This document shows, piece by piece, positions 28,084 to 37,879 of a stretch of 64,000 nt of DNA. The notes below the pieces were generated by a model that was not told the origin of the DNA, ran no database searches, and saw only the letters and a program-made list of their open reading frames with translations. Each line of letters begins with the position of its first letter. Within the stretch, counting starts at the first letter, position 1. The translations under genes were made by a program, and so were the position numbers. This DNA is from an uncultured bacterium (GTDB lineage: Bacteria; Planctomycetota; DG-23; CBDVDV01): contig CBDVDV010000001.1 in assembly GCA_965372835.1 (NCBI GenBank), positions 4,593 to 68,592 of the forward strand. Direction: 5' to 3'.

Positions 28084-29892
28084 ATGTCATCGCCTTGGTG
28101 GGTGAGGACGCGGGTGGGCGCGGGTCGGCTCACCGCTGTGGTTGTCATTCTCTTGGTCTGCTGGGCCGCCTGTTTCCTCGAACTGGGGCAGTCCAGCCTC
28201 TGGCATTCCCAGGAGGGTCGGGTTGCGCGCATCGCCCGGCACATGGTGCGTTCGGGCAAGTGGCTCCTGCCCGAGTTTGAAGAAGGCAAGGTCGCCGGGG
28301 GCAAGCCTGTCCTCTACCACTGGTTGGTCGCTCTGGTGGGGGTCTGTCGCGGGTTCGACGAGGCGACGGTCCGGACTCCCTCAGCCGTGGCCTCGCTACT
28401 GACAGTGCTCCTGGTGTACGTCTGGGTGAGTGGGTTCACGGGCCGGTGGGCGGCGCTGGCCTCGGCCCTGGTGCTGACGACGAGTGTTAGGTTTGTTGCC
28501 CTGGGCCGGATGGCTCGCGTGGATATGCTTCTGACCCTGTGGGTGACCCTGTCCTACCTGTGCTTCTACCTGGGGTACCAGCGGTCGGGGGAGCGGCGAC
28601 GGTGGTTCTTGCTGATGTATGTGGCCCTGGCTTTGGCCATGATGACCAAGGGGCCCGTGGGCGTGGCCCTGCCCGTGGTAGGGATGCTCGTGTTCCTGGT
28701 GGTGCGTTGGGAACTGAGGCTGCTCAAAGAACTGGAACTGCTGCGGGGTGCGCTGATCTTCCTGGTCATCGCCGCTCCGTGGTACGTCGCCGCAGGGTGG
28801 CTGACCAAGGGAGAGTTCTTGGTGAAGTTTTTCGGCTCGCAGAACCTGAGCCGGTTCCTGGGCATCCAAGTAGGAGACCTCCCGGTACGAGGTGGAGCGC
28901 CCTGGTGGTTCTACGGCCCGCACCTGGCTTTGGCCGTCCTGCCCTGGACGTCGCTGGCGGTGTGCGCCCTGCTCTGGCAGCTCTGGCCGGGCCGTCGAGA
29001 GAGTGGCTCGACCGAGGTGGCCGACGTCCACCCGGCACGGACGCTGGCCTGCTGTTGGTTCCTGGCCGGCCTTGTCCTGCTGAGCATTTCCCGGGGAAAG
29101 CGGCCCGACTATGTGCTCCCACTGCTTCCCGGGCTGGCCTTGCTGATCGGGGGGTTCTGGGAATCGGCTTACGGCCAGGGCCGAGAGACGAGCGGGCGAT
29201 TGGGCAGGGCGACGGGGGTGCTGCAGGCGCTCCTGGTCGCGGTGGCGGCTGTTTTTGTCCTTTCGGTGGCGGTGCTTTCCCCCTTGAGCGACTGGTGGAG
29301 GCGGATTCTGGAAGGGCTGCTTTTCCGCCGGGATCCGGCCCTGTTCCGGGCGGTAGTGGATGCCTTCGGGAGGCATCTGATTGCGAGCATTCTCATTTTC
29401 GTAGGTGCGGTGGTCACGGCGTGGGTCTGGTTTGGGAGCCGGTCGTCGAAACGGGCGCGGTCGGCCATGGTGCTCACCGTGGCGGTGGCGCTGACGGCGC
29501 AGTTCCTTCATCGGCGGGCGGTGGTGCCGGTTCTTGACCAACGCCACGGCTGGCGGTCTGTGGCGGCCGAGATGGCGCCGCTCATTCCTCCCGACCAGCC
29601 TTTGATCCTTCACACCGTGCCTCCACACGGGCTCCTCTTTTACCTCGACCGTCCGACGGAAACGCTGCCCACGGGGGATGTCGGCAGTTTGGCCACGGTG
29701 GCGGCGCAGCAAAAAACCTTCCACTGCCTGACGTCGGCTGAGATGCTCCAACGCCTACCTTCCCACCTGCGCGAAAACCTCCGTGTCCTCTACCAAAGCC
29801 CGGCCACCGCCCAGCCCCGCTACGTGCTAATCACCTCCAACGGATCCGTAGGGGCTGGGAACGCGCTTGACCGGGTCGGTGGCCGGCGGTAG
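28084..29892 (+). CDS. GT39-family glycosyltransferase (ArnT / protein O-mannosyltransferase-like, GT-C fold)
   Basis: N-terminal region RIARHMVRSGKWLLPEFEEGKVAGGKPVLYHWLVAL is the hallmark ArnT/PMT loop region. More than 10 predicted TM helices. ATG 28084 overlaps the previous stop (TGAGATG). Confidence 0.7.
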   Translation: MSSPWWVRTRVGAGRLTAVVVILLVCWAACFLELGQSSLWHSQEGRVARIARHMVRSGKWLLPEFEEGKVAGGKPVLYHWLVALVGVCRGFDEATVRTPSAVASLLTVLLVYVWVSGFTGRWAALASALVLTTSVRFVALGRMARVDMLLTLWVTLSYLCFYLGYQRSGERRRWFLLMYVALALAMMTKGPVGVALPVVGMLVFLVVRWELRLLKELELLRGALIFLVIAAPWYVAAGWLTKGEFLVKFFGSQNLSRFLGIQVGDLPVRGGAPWWFYGPHLALAVLPWTSLAVCALLWQLWPGRRESGSTEVADVHPARTLACCWFLAGLVLLSISRGKRPDYVLPLLPGLALLIGGFWESAYGQGRETSGRLGRATGVLQALLVAVAAVFVLSVAVLSPLSDWWRRILEGLLFRRDPALFRAVVDAFGRHLIASILIFVGAVVTAWVWFGSRSSKRARSAMVLTVAVALTAQFLHRRAVVPVLDQRHGWRSVAAEMAPLIPPDQPLILHTVPPHGLLFYLDRPTETLPTGDVGSLATVAAQQKTFHCLTSAEMLQRLPSHLRENLRVLYQSPATAQPRYVLITSNGSVGAGNALDRVGGRR

Positions 29893-29950
29893 CATGCGCG
29901 TGCTTTGGAGGAGGAGCCTTTCAACCCGCCGCACGGCGGGGAGGCGCGAG

Positions 29951-31939
29951 ATGGGGAGATCGCTTCGGCTGTTGTGCGCCATGGCGCTGGTGGCCGTCAC
30001 CTGCACGGCGGGGGGCGCCCTGGGCCAGGAGAAGCCTGCCGTCCGGCAGGTAGAACTTGCGGTGTCAGCCGGCTTTGAGAACCACGTGCGGGCCCCCTGG
30101 GCCCCGCTCATAGTGACGGTGCGCAACCCGGCGTACGGTGGGGAGGCGCTGCGCGGGCAACTCGTCTTCGAAGGAGGTCAGCAGCGCCAGGGGTTCCGCA
30201 GTTACCGAGACGTCTACCTGGGACCATCGGCCGCCAAACGCATCACCTTCTACATTCCAGAGGCGTGGGGCAAGGTGAGCTTCCTAGTCGACGGGAAGTC
30301 GGTGAGCGAGGTGGACGTGCGGGGGGCGGGGCGCTACGGTTGGACCGAGGAGTTGTTGGTGGTGCTCTCCCGCCGACCCGGGGTGTTGAACTTCCTGGAG
30401 TACACCCCTCGCAGCGCGGGGACGGGCTACCGTGGCGGAGTCACCAGGCAGGTAGCCCAGGTGAGCGATGCGGCCTCAATGCCGGACCGTTGGGCCGGCT
30501 ACAGTGGGGTAACGGCCGTCATCCTGAACGACTTCGAGCTCAGCCGCCTGTCAGGCCCCCAACAACGGGCGCTGCTCGGCTGGGTCGAGACGGGGGGTCG
30601 GCTTATCATCTCTCCTGGGCCGGAGGCCCGTTGGCTCCTTCAGCCCCCCCTGGACCAGTTGCTCGGACTGCAACTGCTGGGCAACCAGGAAGTCCGCCAG
30701 GCCCCCACGCTGGAGCGGCTGTACGGAGCGTTCGAGGGTGAGGGCAAGTTCCTCCTGCACCAGTTGCGCTCCTCGCGGGCGCTGTTTCTCGGCGCCCCGG
30801 TGGGGGAGTGGCCGAGTTACGTTGGGGTGACGACCGGGGCCGGCGTGGTGGTGGTGATAGCCTTTGACGTGGGGGCATTTCCCTTCCGTGGGTGGTCGGG
30901 CGCTTCGGCCTTCTGGCAAGCGGTGCTGGACAACACCAAGCACGGCCCGCGCCCTTCCTGGACGCAGACTCAGCAGCCCGGCTACCCGGGCCAGCCGTCG
31001 GCGTCAGGGGACGCGCTGAAGGTGCTCTCGGCCATGGCGGCCAAGACGACTTCGGCGCTGCTCATCGTCGGGCTGGTAGGGCTGTACGTGCTCTGCGTGG
31101 GGCCGCTGAACTACCTGGCGCTGAGGGACTACCGTCGGCGGGTGTGGCTGGTGGTCACCACCCCGCTGGTGGCGCTGGGGTTTGTGGTTCTGGTCGGGAC
31201 ACTGGGCGTCCTGGGTCGGGGCATCAGTTCCTTGAGTCAGCACCTGACGCTGCTCACGGTGTGCGGGGACGTGGAGTCGGCCTACCAGCGGAGCTACGTT
31301 GGCCTGTGGTGCCCCACTTCCGGCGCTTTCGACCTGGAGGGCTCCGCGGACGCTTTCATCCGGCCTCTGGTCGCCGGGCCTCAACGGGCGCTTTGGCAAC
31401 GGGTGGGGGCGGCGCGGTTCGCCGAGCGCAACGTGCTGGAGGAGTGTCAGTTTCGGGTCAACGAGTTGCGCTGCTTCCAGGTGGACGCGGTGCGTCCGTT
31501 GGGCGGCAGGCTGGCGCTGCGTCGGGACCGGGAGGGGCTGGTGCTGGAGAACGAAACCGACCTCGACCTCCGGGCGGCCTACATCGAGGCGGGTGGGGAG
31601 ACCATTCTGTTCGGCGACGTGGCGGCTGGGGAAAGCCGACCAGGACGCGTCAGGCCCTCTTCAGATGGTCGCTGGAGCCGAACGGTCTGGCTCGAGGGCC
31701 TGGCTCCGGAATGGGTTCCTGGTAGTGGGGTGGGTCCCGGCAGGCAAAAGAACGTGCTGGACCTTCTCTGGAGCGTGGTGGACGGGGTGACCGGGATGGT
31801 GGTCCGGTCGACGTCGGGACGCGTGTACCGTCTGAACGCGGCGGTGGGGAACCTGGAGGAGCCGTTGCGGGTGCGGGGTGGACGGGTACGAGGGCAGCGG
31901 GAGTTGGTGCTGCTTCGGGCCTACTTGGCGGTGGAGTAG
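29951..31939 (+). CDS. Hypothetical secreted/membrane protein (663 aa)
   Basis: Signal peptide MGRSLRLLCAMALVAVTCTAGGALG. Central segment ILNDFELSRLSGPQQRALLGWVETGGRLIISPGP and an internal TM pair. No confident family call. Confidence 0.55.
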   Translation: MGRSLRLLCAMALVAVTCTAGGALGQEKPAVRQVELAVSAGFENHVRAPWAPLIVTVRNPAYGGEALRGQLVFEGGQQRQGFRSYRDVYLGPSAAKRITFYIPEAWGKVSFLVDGKSVSEVDVRGAGRYGWTEELLVVLSRRPGVLNFLEYTPRSAGTGYRGGVTRQVAQVSDAASMPDRWAGYSGVTAVILNDFELSRLSGPQQRALLGWVETGGRLIISPGPEARWLLQPPLDQLLGLQLLGNQEVRQAPTLERLYGAFEGEGKFLLHQLRSSRALFLGAPVGEWPSYVGVTTGAGVVVVIAFDVGAFPFRGWSGASAFWQAVLDNTKHGPRPSWTQTQQPGYPGQPSASGDALKVLSAMAAKTTSALLIVGLVGLYVLCVGPLNYLALRDYRRRVWLVVTTPLVALGFVVLVGTLGVLGRGISSLSQHLTLLTVCGDVESAYQRSYVGLWCPTSGAFDLEGSADAFIRPLVAGPQRALWQRVGAARFAERNVLEECQFRVNELRCFQVDAVRPLGGRLALRRDREGLVLENETDLDLRAAYIEAGGETILFGDVAAGESRPGRVRPSSDGRWSRTVWLEGLAPEWVPGSGVGPGRQKNVLDLLWSVVDGVTGMVVRSTSGRVYRLNAAVGNLEEPLRVRGGRVRGQRELVLLRAYLAVE

Positions 31940-31966
31940 GGAAGGTAAAATTGGTGCCGTTTTTTT

Positions 31967-31995
31967 GTTGACATAGAGGACGTCGCGCCATAAAA
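31967..31995 (+). promoter_or_regulatory. Promoter candidate TTGACA-N17-TAAAAG upstream of the small lipoprotein gene
   Basis: Consensus -35 hexamer in an AT-rich intergenic patch, preceded by a T7 run. Confidence 0.4.
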
Positions 31996-32081
31996 GGGAG
32001 AGGCAACGGGTCGTTTGATAGACGCTGGATGCTGCGACGACAGGTGACTCCACGTTATAGGTCGTGGGAAAGGGGGAAGGG

Positions 32082-32303
32082 ATGCGACGGTTGATCATCT
32101 CTCTGCTACTGGCCACCGGCGCGCTGACACTGCTTTCCGGCTGCTTCTGGCCGGGCGCCGCGCGTCACAACGCCAACCACTGGCAGGTGCTGGAGGCGGA
32201 CCTCGGCTACCTGCATGAGAACTTCGACTGGTTCTGGAAGATGGACCGGCCCACGACCCTGCACCTGTCACACAACTACTGGCGGCTGCACGACAATCCG
32301 TAA
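32082..32303 (+). CDS. Small lipoprotein
   Basis: Lipobox LLSGC after signal peptide MRRLIISLLLATGALT. 73 aa. Confidence 0.55.
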   Translation: MRRLIISLLLATGALTLLSGCFWPGAARHNANHWQVLEADLGYLHENFDWFWKMDRPTTLHLSHNYWRLHDNP

Positions 32304-32443
32304 GGACGGCGGGGGATGAACCCCTGCTCGTGACGCGCTTTCGCAGGGCGCAGCCTGAGGTGGCTGCGCCCCTGCTGTTTCTCTGACTGTCCGGACTAAG
32401 CCCCCGCGGCCAACATCGCCGCCATCGGGGATACGTGTAGAGC

Positions 32444-33670
32444 ATGAGCGCCCCATCGGTTCCGTTCCTCAGTCGCGCGACCTTCTACTACGACCGGCGG
32501 GCGGCCCTGTTGACCGGGGTTTACGGCGCCGGCCTGGGCCTGCTCCCGATGGTGGCCAAGAAGACCTTCCACGCCTCGAATATGCAGGTGGCCCTTCTGG
32601 TCTGCGCCCCGGTGGCGGCCCACCTGCTGACCCTCTACTGGGGTCATTTCGTCCACCAGCGCCGGAAGATGCCCGTGGTGCTGACGGCCTGGTCGATCGG
32701 CCGGGGCCTGTTGCTGCTGGGAGCCTTCATCACCAACCTGTGGCCGCTCATCGTGCTGGCCTGTGCCAGTTACCTCATCAACGCGGCGGCGCTGCCGGCC
32801 TACAACGCCATCTGGAGGCATAACTACCCGACGGAGGTGCGAGGACAACTGGTCAGTCGGGTACTGCGGGGTACCATCCTCGTCATTGCCAGTTGCAGTC
32901 TGCTCTTCGGCCGGCTCCTGGACCTCAATCCATTCATCTACCGGATCCTGCTCCCGGTGGCCGGGATCTCGGGGGTGTTGGCGGCAGTGGTTTTTCGTCG
33001 GGTGCGGGTCCGCCGAGAGGCGACTACGTCGCAGGAGGAGCGGGAGCCGTTTCGCCTGGGAAAGGCGCTGGGACTCCTCCGCCGCAACCCCATCTTCGGC
33101 AAGTACCTGGCGGCCTTTTTCATCAGTGGGTTCGCCAGCCTGATGGCCCTGCCCATGATGGTGGTCTTCATCAACGACCGGTTCGAGGCGACTTACGTGC
33201 AGCAGGCGGTGGCCCTGCGCGTCCTTCCCCTGGTCTTGCAGTTGCTTCTGCTCCCGTTCTGGGGACGGGTAGCCGACCGGATGAGCCCCATGGTGGTGCG
33301 CGCGCTGCTGAGCACGCTTTGGGGGACCAGTTATTTGCTTTGGGCCGTGGCTCCGGGTATGATGACCATCTACGGGGCCCAGTGTCTTCGTGGTGTGGCC
33401 ATGGGTGGGGGGACGCTGATTTGGCTCATCGGGGCCATGTACTTCGCCCCCAAAGATGAACTGCCACTCTACATGGGTCTGCATACCACGTTGACCGGTA
33501 TACGGGGAGTGATCGCTCCCTTCTTGGGAGCCTGGCTGGCAGAACGAATTGGTGCTCAACCCCTGTTTGGGGTATCGTGGCTCCTGTGTTGGATGAGCGC
33601 GGCACTGATGATTCTCCTGGCAAGACGTGTCCGCCAAATGAATCGAAGAGACGATGAGCGTGCCGACTGA
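32444..33670 (+). CDS. MFS-type transporter
   Basis: 408 aa, about 12 predicted TM helices. Unknown substrate. Confidence 0.7.
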   Translation: MSAPSVPFLSRATFYYDRRAALLTGVYGAGLGLLPMVAKKTFHASNMQVALLVCAPVAAHLLTLYWGHFVHQRRKMPVVLTAWSIGRGLLLLGAFITNLWPLIVLACASYLINAAALPAYNAIWRHNYPTEVRGQLVSRVLRGTILVIASCSLLFGRLLDLNPFIYRILLPVAGISGVLAAVVFRRVRVRREATTSQEEREPFRLGKALGLLRRNPIFGKYLAAFFISGFASLMALPMMVVFINDRFEATYVQQAVALRVLPLVLQLLLLPFWGRVADRMSPMVVRALLSTLWGTSYLLWAVAPGMMTIYGAQCLRGVAMGGGTLIWLIGAMYFAPKDELPLYMGLHTTLTGIRGVIAPFLGAWLAERIGAQPLFGVSWLLCWMSAALMILLARRVRQMNRRDDERAD

Positions 33671-34601
33671 GACCGAGAGCCAACCTGAACTGAGCGTCGC
33701 GCTGGGACCGCTGAGCCTCAAGAACCCCATCCTGACGGCGTCGGGCACCTTCGGCTTCGGCCGGGAGATGAGCCTTCACTATCACCTGGCTCTCCTGGGG
33801 GCACTGGTCACCAAGACGGTGACGTTGCATCCGCGCCAGGGCAACCCGCCGCCGCGCATCGCCGAGACCCCCGCCGGGATGCTCAACTCCATCGGTCTGG
33901 CCAATCCGGGCCTGGAGGGGTTCCTGAAGACGGAGTTGCCTTTCCTGGGGCGCTTCGACACGGTGCGCATCGTCAACATTGCCGGGGAGACGGCCGAGGA
34001 GTTCGTCGGACTGGCTGAAAGGCTGAGCCAAGAGGTACTGGTGGATGCCTTGGAACTGAACGTCTCCTGCCCCAACGTCAAGCGTGGGGGGATGAGTTTC
34101 GGCGCCTCGCCCGAGGTGCTGGCCGAGTTGGTGGCTCAGGTCCGTCGGGTCACCGACCGGCCGCTGCTGGTGAAGTTGACCCCCAACGTGACCGACATCG
34201 TGGCCACGGGCCGAGCCGCGGTCGAAGCCGGCGCCGACATCCTCACCGTGGCCAATACCTATGTGGGTCTGGCCGTGGACTGGCGGAGCCGACGTCCCCT
34301 CCTCGGCGCGGTGACCGGCGGACTGAGCGGCCCGGCCATAAAGCCCCTCAGCCTGCGCGCGGTCTGGCACGTGAGTCAGGCCGTGGGCGTTCCGGTGGTG
34401 GGCGTGGGGGGCATCACCACGGTGGACGACGTGCTGGAATACCTGGTGGCGGGGGCCCAGGCCGTGGCTGTGGGAACAGCCAATTTCCTCAGCCCGCAGG
34501 CCATACCGGGACTGTTGGCCCAACTGCACGAAGTGCTCAACCAAGAAGGCATTGAGCGAATAGAAGATATCGTGGGGACGCTCGAGGTGGGCGTTCACTA
34601 A
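33654..34601 (+). CDS. pyrD: Dihydroorotate dehydrogenase catalytic subunit (class 1B-type)
   Basis: LKNPILTASGTFGFG, NSIGLANPG, and conserved TIM-barrel FMN motifs (VVGVGGI, NTY). Confidence 0.9.
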   Translation: MSVPTETESQPELSVALGPLSLKNPILTASGTFGFGREMSLHYHLALLGALVTKTVTLHPRQGNPPPRIAETPAGMLNSIGLANPGLEGFLKTELPFLGRFDTVRIVNIAGETAEEFVGLAERLSQEVLVDALELNVSCPNVKRGGMSFGASPEVLAELVAQVRRVTDRPLLVKLTPNVTDIVATGRAAVEAGADILTVANTYVGLAVDWRSRRPLLGAVTGGLSGPAIKPLSLRAVWHVSQAVGVPVVGVGGITTVDDVLEYLVAGAQAVAVGTANFLSPQAIPGLLAQLHEVLNQEGIERIEDIVGTLEVGVH

Positions 34602-34649
34602 GGGTTGCCATGGTGTCCGGATGGGTCCAGACAGAGAAAGGAGAAGGTC

Positions 34650-35141
34650 ATGGACAGGATACCGGGGTGGGTCCAGGTGCTTGTCCTGGTGGTCATCATC
34701 GCCGGCACAGCGGTCTTTATCTACAAGTGGGCCACCAAGGATCCGTGGGACGCACGGGACAGACAGAAAAGAGAATGGGAGCAACGGCAGGCCGCCGAGT
34801 TCATCAAACCACTCAAGGAAAAGGGCGAACAACGGATCGGCACGTACCTGGTCAAGGCCCGCCACGTCGAAGGGCTGGAGTTCGCCGACGTCACCATCCA
34901 ACGGAAGAGCGGCGACACCGTGACCCAAGAGATCAAGGCCGATCGCATGACGGTCGACATCGGCAACGATGAGACCTGCCGGGCTCGGCTGTCGGGTGTC
35001 ACCATCACCGAGTACGACGAAGAAGGGGCCGGTTCCACCGAGGCCACGGCCAGCGAGACGATATTCTTCACCAACAGCATGCGCGGCCCGGTGGGCATCA
35101 TGGGGCCAGACTGGGCGGCGAGGGGTGACCCCGGAGGGTGA
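34650..35141 (+). CDS. Hypothetical membrane-anchored protein
   Basis: N-terminal TM WVQVLVLVVIIAGTAVFIY then a soluble domain. No family recognised. Confidence 0.5.
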   Translation: MDRIPGWVQVLVLVVIIAGTAVFIYKWATKDPWDARDRQKREWEQRQAAEFIKPLKEKGEQRIGTYLVKARHVEGLEFADVTIQRKSGDTVTQEIKADRMTVDIGNDETCRARLSGVTITEYDEEGAGSTEATASETIFFTNSMRGPVGIMGPDWAARGDPGG

Positions 35142-35328
35142 CGTGCTGCGTTCCGGGGACGTCAATGTCCCGCGGGGCGTGCAAGGGCGACAGGCGCGTT
35201 TCCGTCGATAACGAAGACACGCGCACCCAGAGGTCTTCGTGCGCCCCAATCAGGCAGGAGCCAACCTGATCGTGGCCGGGGACCCGGGGGGCCGGTCGCC
35301 ACCGGCTTCCGAGGAAAGGAGAAAGGCG

Positions 35329-36483
35329 ATGGCTCGGGGGATTCGCATCGGCCTGGTGGGTTACAAGTTTATGGGGAAAGCCCACTCCAACGCCTACCTC
35401 AACGTGGCCCGCTTTTTCGACTTGCCCAGGCCACCGGTTATGAAAGCCATCTGCGGTCGTTCCGAGGCCGCGGTGCGGGCCGTCGCCCGGCGCTGGGGGT
35501 GGGAGTCCGTCGAGACCGATTACCGTAAACTCGTCGAGCGCGACGACATCGACCTCATCGACATCGCCACCCCCAACAACACCCACGCGAAGATTGCGAT
35601 CGCCGCGGCCAAGGCCGGCAAGCACCTGGTCTCAGAAAAGCCACTGGCCATGAACGTGGCCGAGGCCAAGAAGATGCTCCAGGCGGCGAGAAGGGCCCGG
35701 GTCAAGCACATGGTCTGGTTCAACTACCGCCGGGTCCCCGCCATCGCCCTGGCCAGGAAACTCATCCAGCAAGGCGAGTTGGGTCGCATCTTCCACGTCC
35801 GAGTCGTGTACCTTCAGGACTGGATCGTTGACCCCAAGTTCCCGCTGGTCTGGCGCCTGCGGAAGCCCATTGCCGGCTCCGGTGCGCACGGCGACCTCAA
35901 CGCCCACATCATCGACCTGGCTCGCTACCTGGTGGGCGAGTTTGCCTCGGTGGTGGGGATGAGCGAGACCTTCATCAAGGAGCGGCCGCTGGAGGCCGAC
36001 TCTACCGGGCTCAGCGCCCGGGGGCGCAAGAAAAAGGGCAGGGTCACCGTCGATGACGCGATGCTCTTCCTGGCTCGTTTCCGCAGCGGAGCCATCGGCT
36101 CCTTCGAGGCTACCCGCTTTGCCACCGGCCGAAAGAACGGCGAGCGCATCGAGATCAACGGTGAAAAGGGCTCGCTGGCCTTCAACTTCGAACGGATGAA
36201 CGAACTGGAGGTTTACTCCGCCAAGGACCCGGCCGACCGACAGGGCTTCAAGACCATTCTCGCCACCGAGCCGGTACATCCCTACATCAGCGCCTGGTGG
36301 CCACCCGGCCACATCATCGGCTACGAGCACACCTTCATCAACCAGGCCGCCGACCTGCTGACGGGCATCGCCAAGAACAAGCCCCTCTCGCCTGACTTCG
36401 AGGACGGGCTGCGCTGCCAGCAGGTGCTGGACGCCGTGCTCCAATCGTGCAAGACGGGCCGCTGGGTGAGAATTCCCAAGTAG
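35329..36483 (+). CDS. Gfo/Idh/MocA-family NAD(P)-dependent oxidoreductase
   Basis: Rossmann N-terminus IGLVGYKFMGKAHSNAY, EKP motif. Strong RBS AGGAAAGGAGAAAGG before ATG 35329. Confidence 0.85.
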   Translation: MARGIRIGLVGYKFMGKAHSNAYLNVARFFDLPRPPVMKAICGRSEAAVRAVARRWGWESVETDYRKLVERDDIDLIDIATPNNTHAKIAIAAAKAGKHLVSEKPLAMNVAEAKKMLQAARRARVKHMVWFNYRRVPAIALARKLIQQGELGRIFHVRVVYLQDWIVDPKFPLVWRLRKPIAGSGAHGDLNAHIIDLARYLVGEFASVVGMSETFIKERPLEADSTGLSARGRKKKGRVTVDDAMLFLARFRSGAIGSFEATRFATGRKNGERIEINGEKGSLAFNFERMNELEVYSAKDPADRQGFKTILATEPVHPYISAWWPPGHIIGYEHTFINQAADLLTGIAKNKPLSPDFEDGLRCQQVLDAVLQSCKTGRWVRIPK

Positions 36484-36618
36484 CCGAGAGAAGCGCTCGG
36501 ACCACGTCGCTCCGTTGGTTCTGACCGGGCGGGTCGGGAGCGAAGTCCGCGCGCGGGTGCGCTTTCGCCTCAGCCCACAGCGCCGAGCGGCCGACCCACG
36601 GTTCGACAAGCTCACCGT

Positions 36619-36640
36619 GCCCTGAGCCTGTCGAAGGGCA
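36619..36640 (+). promoter_or_regulatory. Leader motif GCCCTGAGCCTGTCGAAGGGCA immediately upstream of serpin RBS
   Basis: Near-identical to the metG leader motif. A degenerate third copy (GCTCACCGTCCCGAGCAACGTCGAAGGACAG) lies at 59910-59940. Confidence 0.5.
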
Positions 36641-36654
36641 AGGAGGAATGGGAT

Positions 36655-37878
36655 ATGAGCAGGCGGGACCGCGCCTTGACGGTGGTGATGTTGTTGAGCG
36701 GGCTCCTCGTCTGGGGAGCCACCGAGGCCCTCTCCGCACCCCAGGACGCCGATGCAGGGGCGCTTGTCAGGGGGAACAACACCTTTGCCCTCAACCTCTA
36801 CGGAGAGTTGAAAGAGCAGGAAGGCAACCTGTTCTTCTCTCCCTTCAGCATCTCGGCGGCTCTGGCCATGACCTACGGCGGGGCGCGGGGGAATACCGCA
36901 GCGCAGATGGAGCAAGTGCTGTATTTCGAGGTGACGGCGGAGCGTCTGCACCAAACCTTTGCCCAGCTACTGGAGCAGCTGAATGCTCGAGGCAAGAAGG
37001 GGGGCTATCAACTCAGCGTGGCCAACGCCTTGTGGGGCCAGCAGGGCGTCGGCTTCCTCAAGAAGTTTCTCGACCTCACCGAGAAGCACTACGGCGCCGG
37101 GCTTCAGCAGGTGGACTTCGCCGCTGCCACTGAGGCTGCTCGCCAGACCATCAACGCCTGGGTTGAAAAGGAGACCCAGGGCAAGATCAAAGACCTCATT
37201 CAGCCGGGCGTCCTGAACGCCTTGACCAAGTTGGTGCTGACTAACGCCATCTACTTCAAGGGTACCTGGGCCGAGCAGTTCGACAGGAAGGCGACGAGAG
37301 ACACACCCTTTACCCTGGCCACCAGGCGGCAGGTCAAAGTCCCGATGATGCACAAGACCGAAAACTTCGGCTACACCGAGGCAGAGGGTTTCCAGGCCCT
37401 CGAACTTCCCTACGCAGGCGATGACCTCTCCATGGTCATCTTCCTCCCCCGCGAGGTCGATGGCTTGGCGGCTCTGGAGAAGGAACTTTCCCTGGAGAAC
37501 CTGGAGAGTTGGCTGGGCGGGCTGCGCCGACAGACGGTACAGGTGTCGCTGCCCAGGTTCACCATGACCTCAGAGTTTGGACTCCAGGACGTGCTCAAGT
37601 CGCTGGGCATGACCGACGCCTTCTCAGGCGCCGCCGACTTCTCGGGCATGACCGGCAGGAGAGACCTGTTCATCTCGGCTGTCATTCACAAGGCCTTCGT
37701 GGACGTCAACGAAGAGGGTACGGAGGCGGCAGCGGCCACCGCGGTGGTGATGATGACGAGCGCAGCGCCGAGGCCCCCCGTGGTCTTCCGGGCCGACCAC
37801 CCCTTCCTCTTCCTCATCCGTGACAACCGGTCAGGCAGCATCCTCTTCATCGGCCGACTCGTGAACCCGAAAGCATAG
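36655..37878 (+). CDS. Serpin (serine protease inhibitor), secreted
   Basis: Signal peptide. NTFALNLY, FSPFSISAALAMTYGGARGNTA. C-terminal serpin signature and reactive-centre-loop region (EEGTEAAAATAVVMMTSAAP...FRADHPFLFLIRD). Confidence 0.9.
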   Translation: MSRRDRALTVVMLLSGLLVWGATEALSAPQDADAGALVRGNNTFALNLYGELKEQEGNLFFSPFSISAALAMTYGGARGNTAAQMEQVLYFEVTAERLHQTFAQLLEQLNARGKKGGYQLSVANALWGQQGVGFLKKFLDLTEKHYGAGLQQVDFAAATEAARQTINAWVEKETQGKIKDLIQPGVLNALTKLVLTNAIYFKGTWAEQFDRKATRDTPFTLATRRQVKVPMMHKTENFGYTEAEGFQALELPYAGDDLSMVIFLPREVDGLAALEKELSLENLESWLGGLRRQTVQVSLPRFTMTSEFGLQDVLKSLGMTDAFSGAADFSGMTGRRDLFISAVIHKAFVDVNEEGTEAAAATAVVMMTSAAPRPPVVFRADHPFLFLIRDNRSGSILFIGRLVNPKA

Positions 37879-37879
37879 A

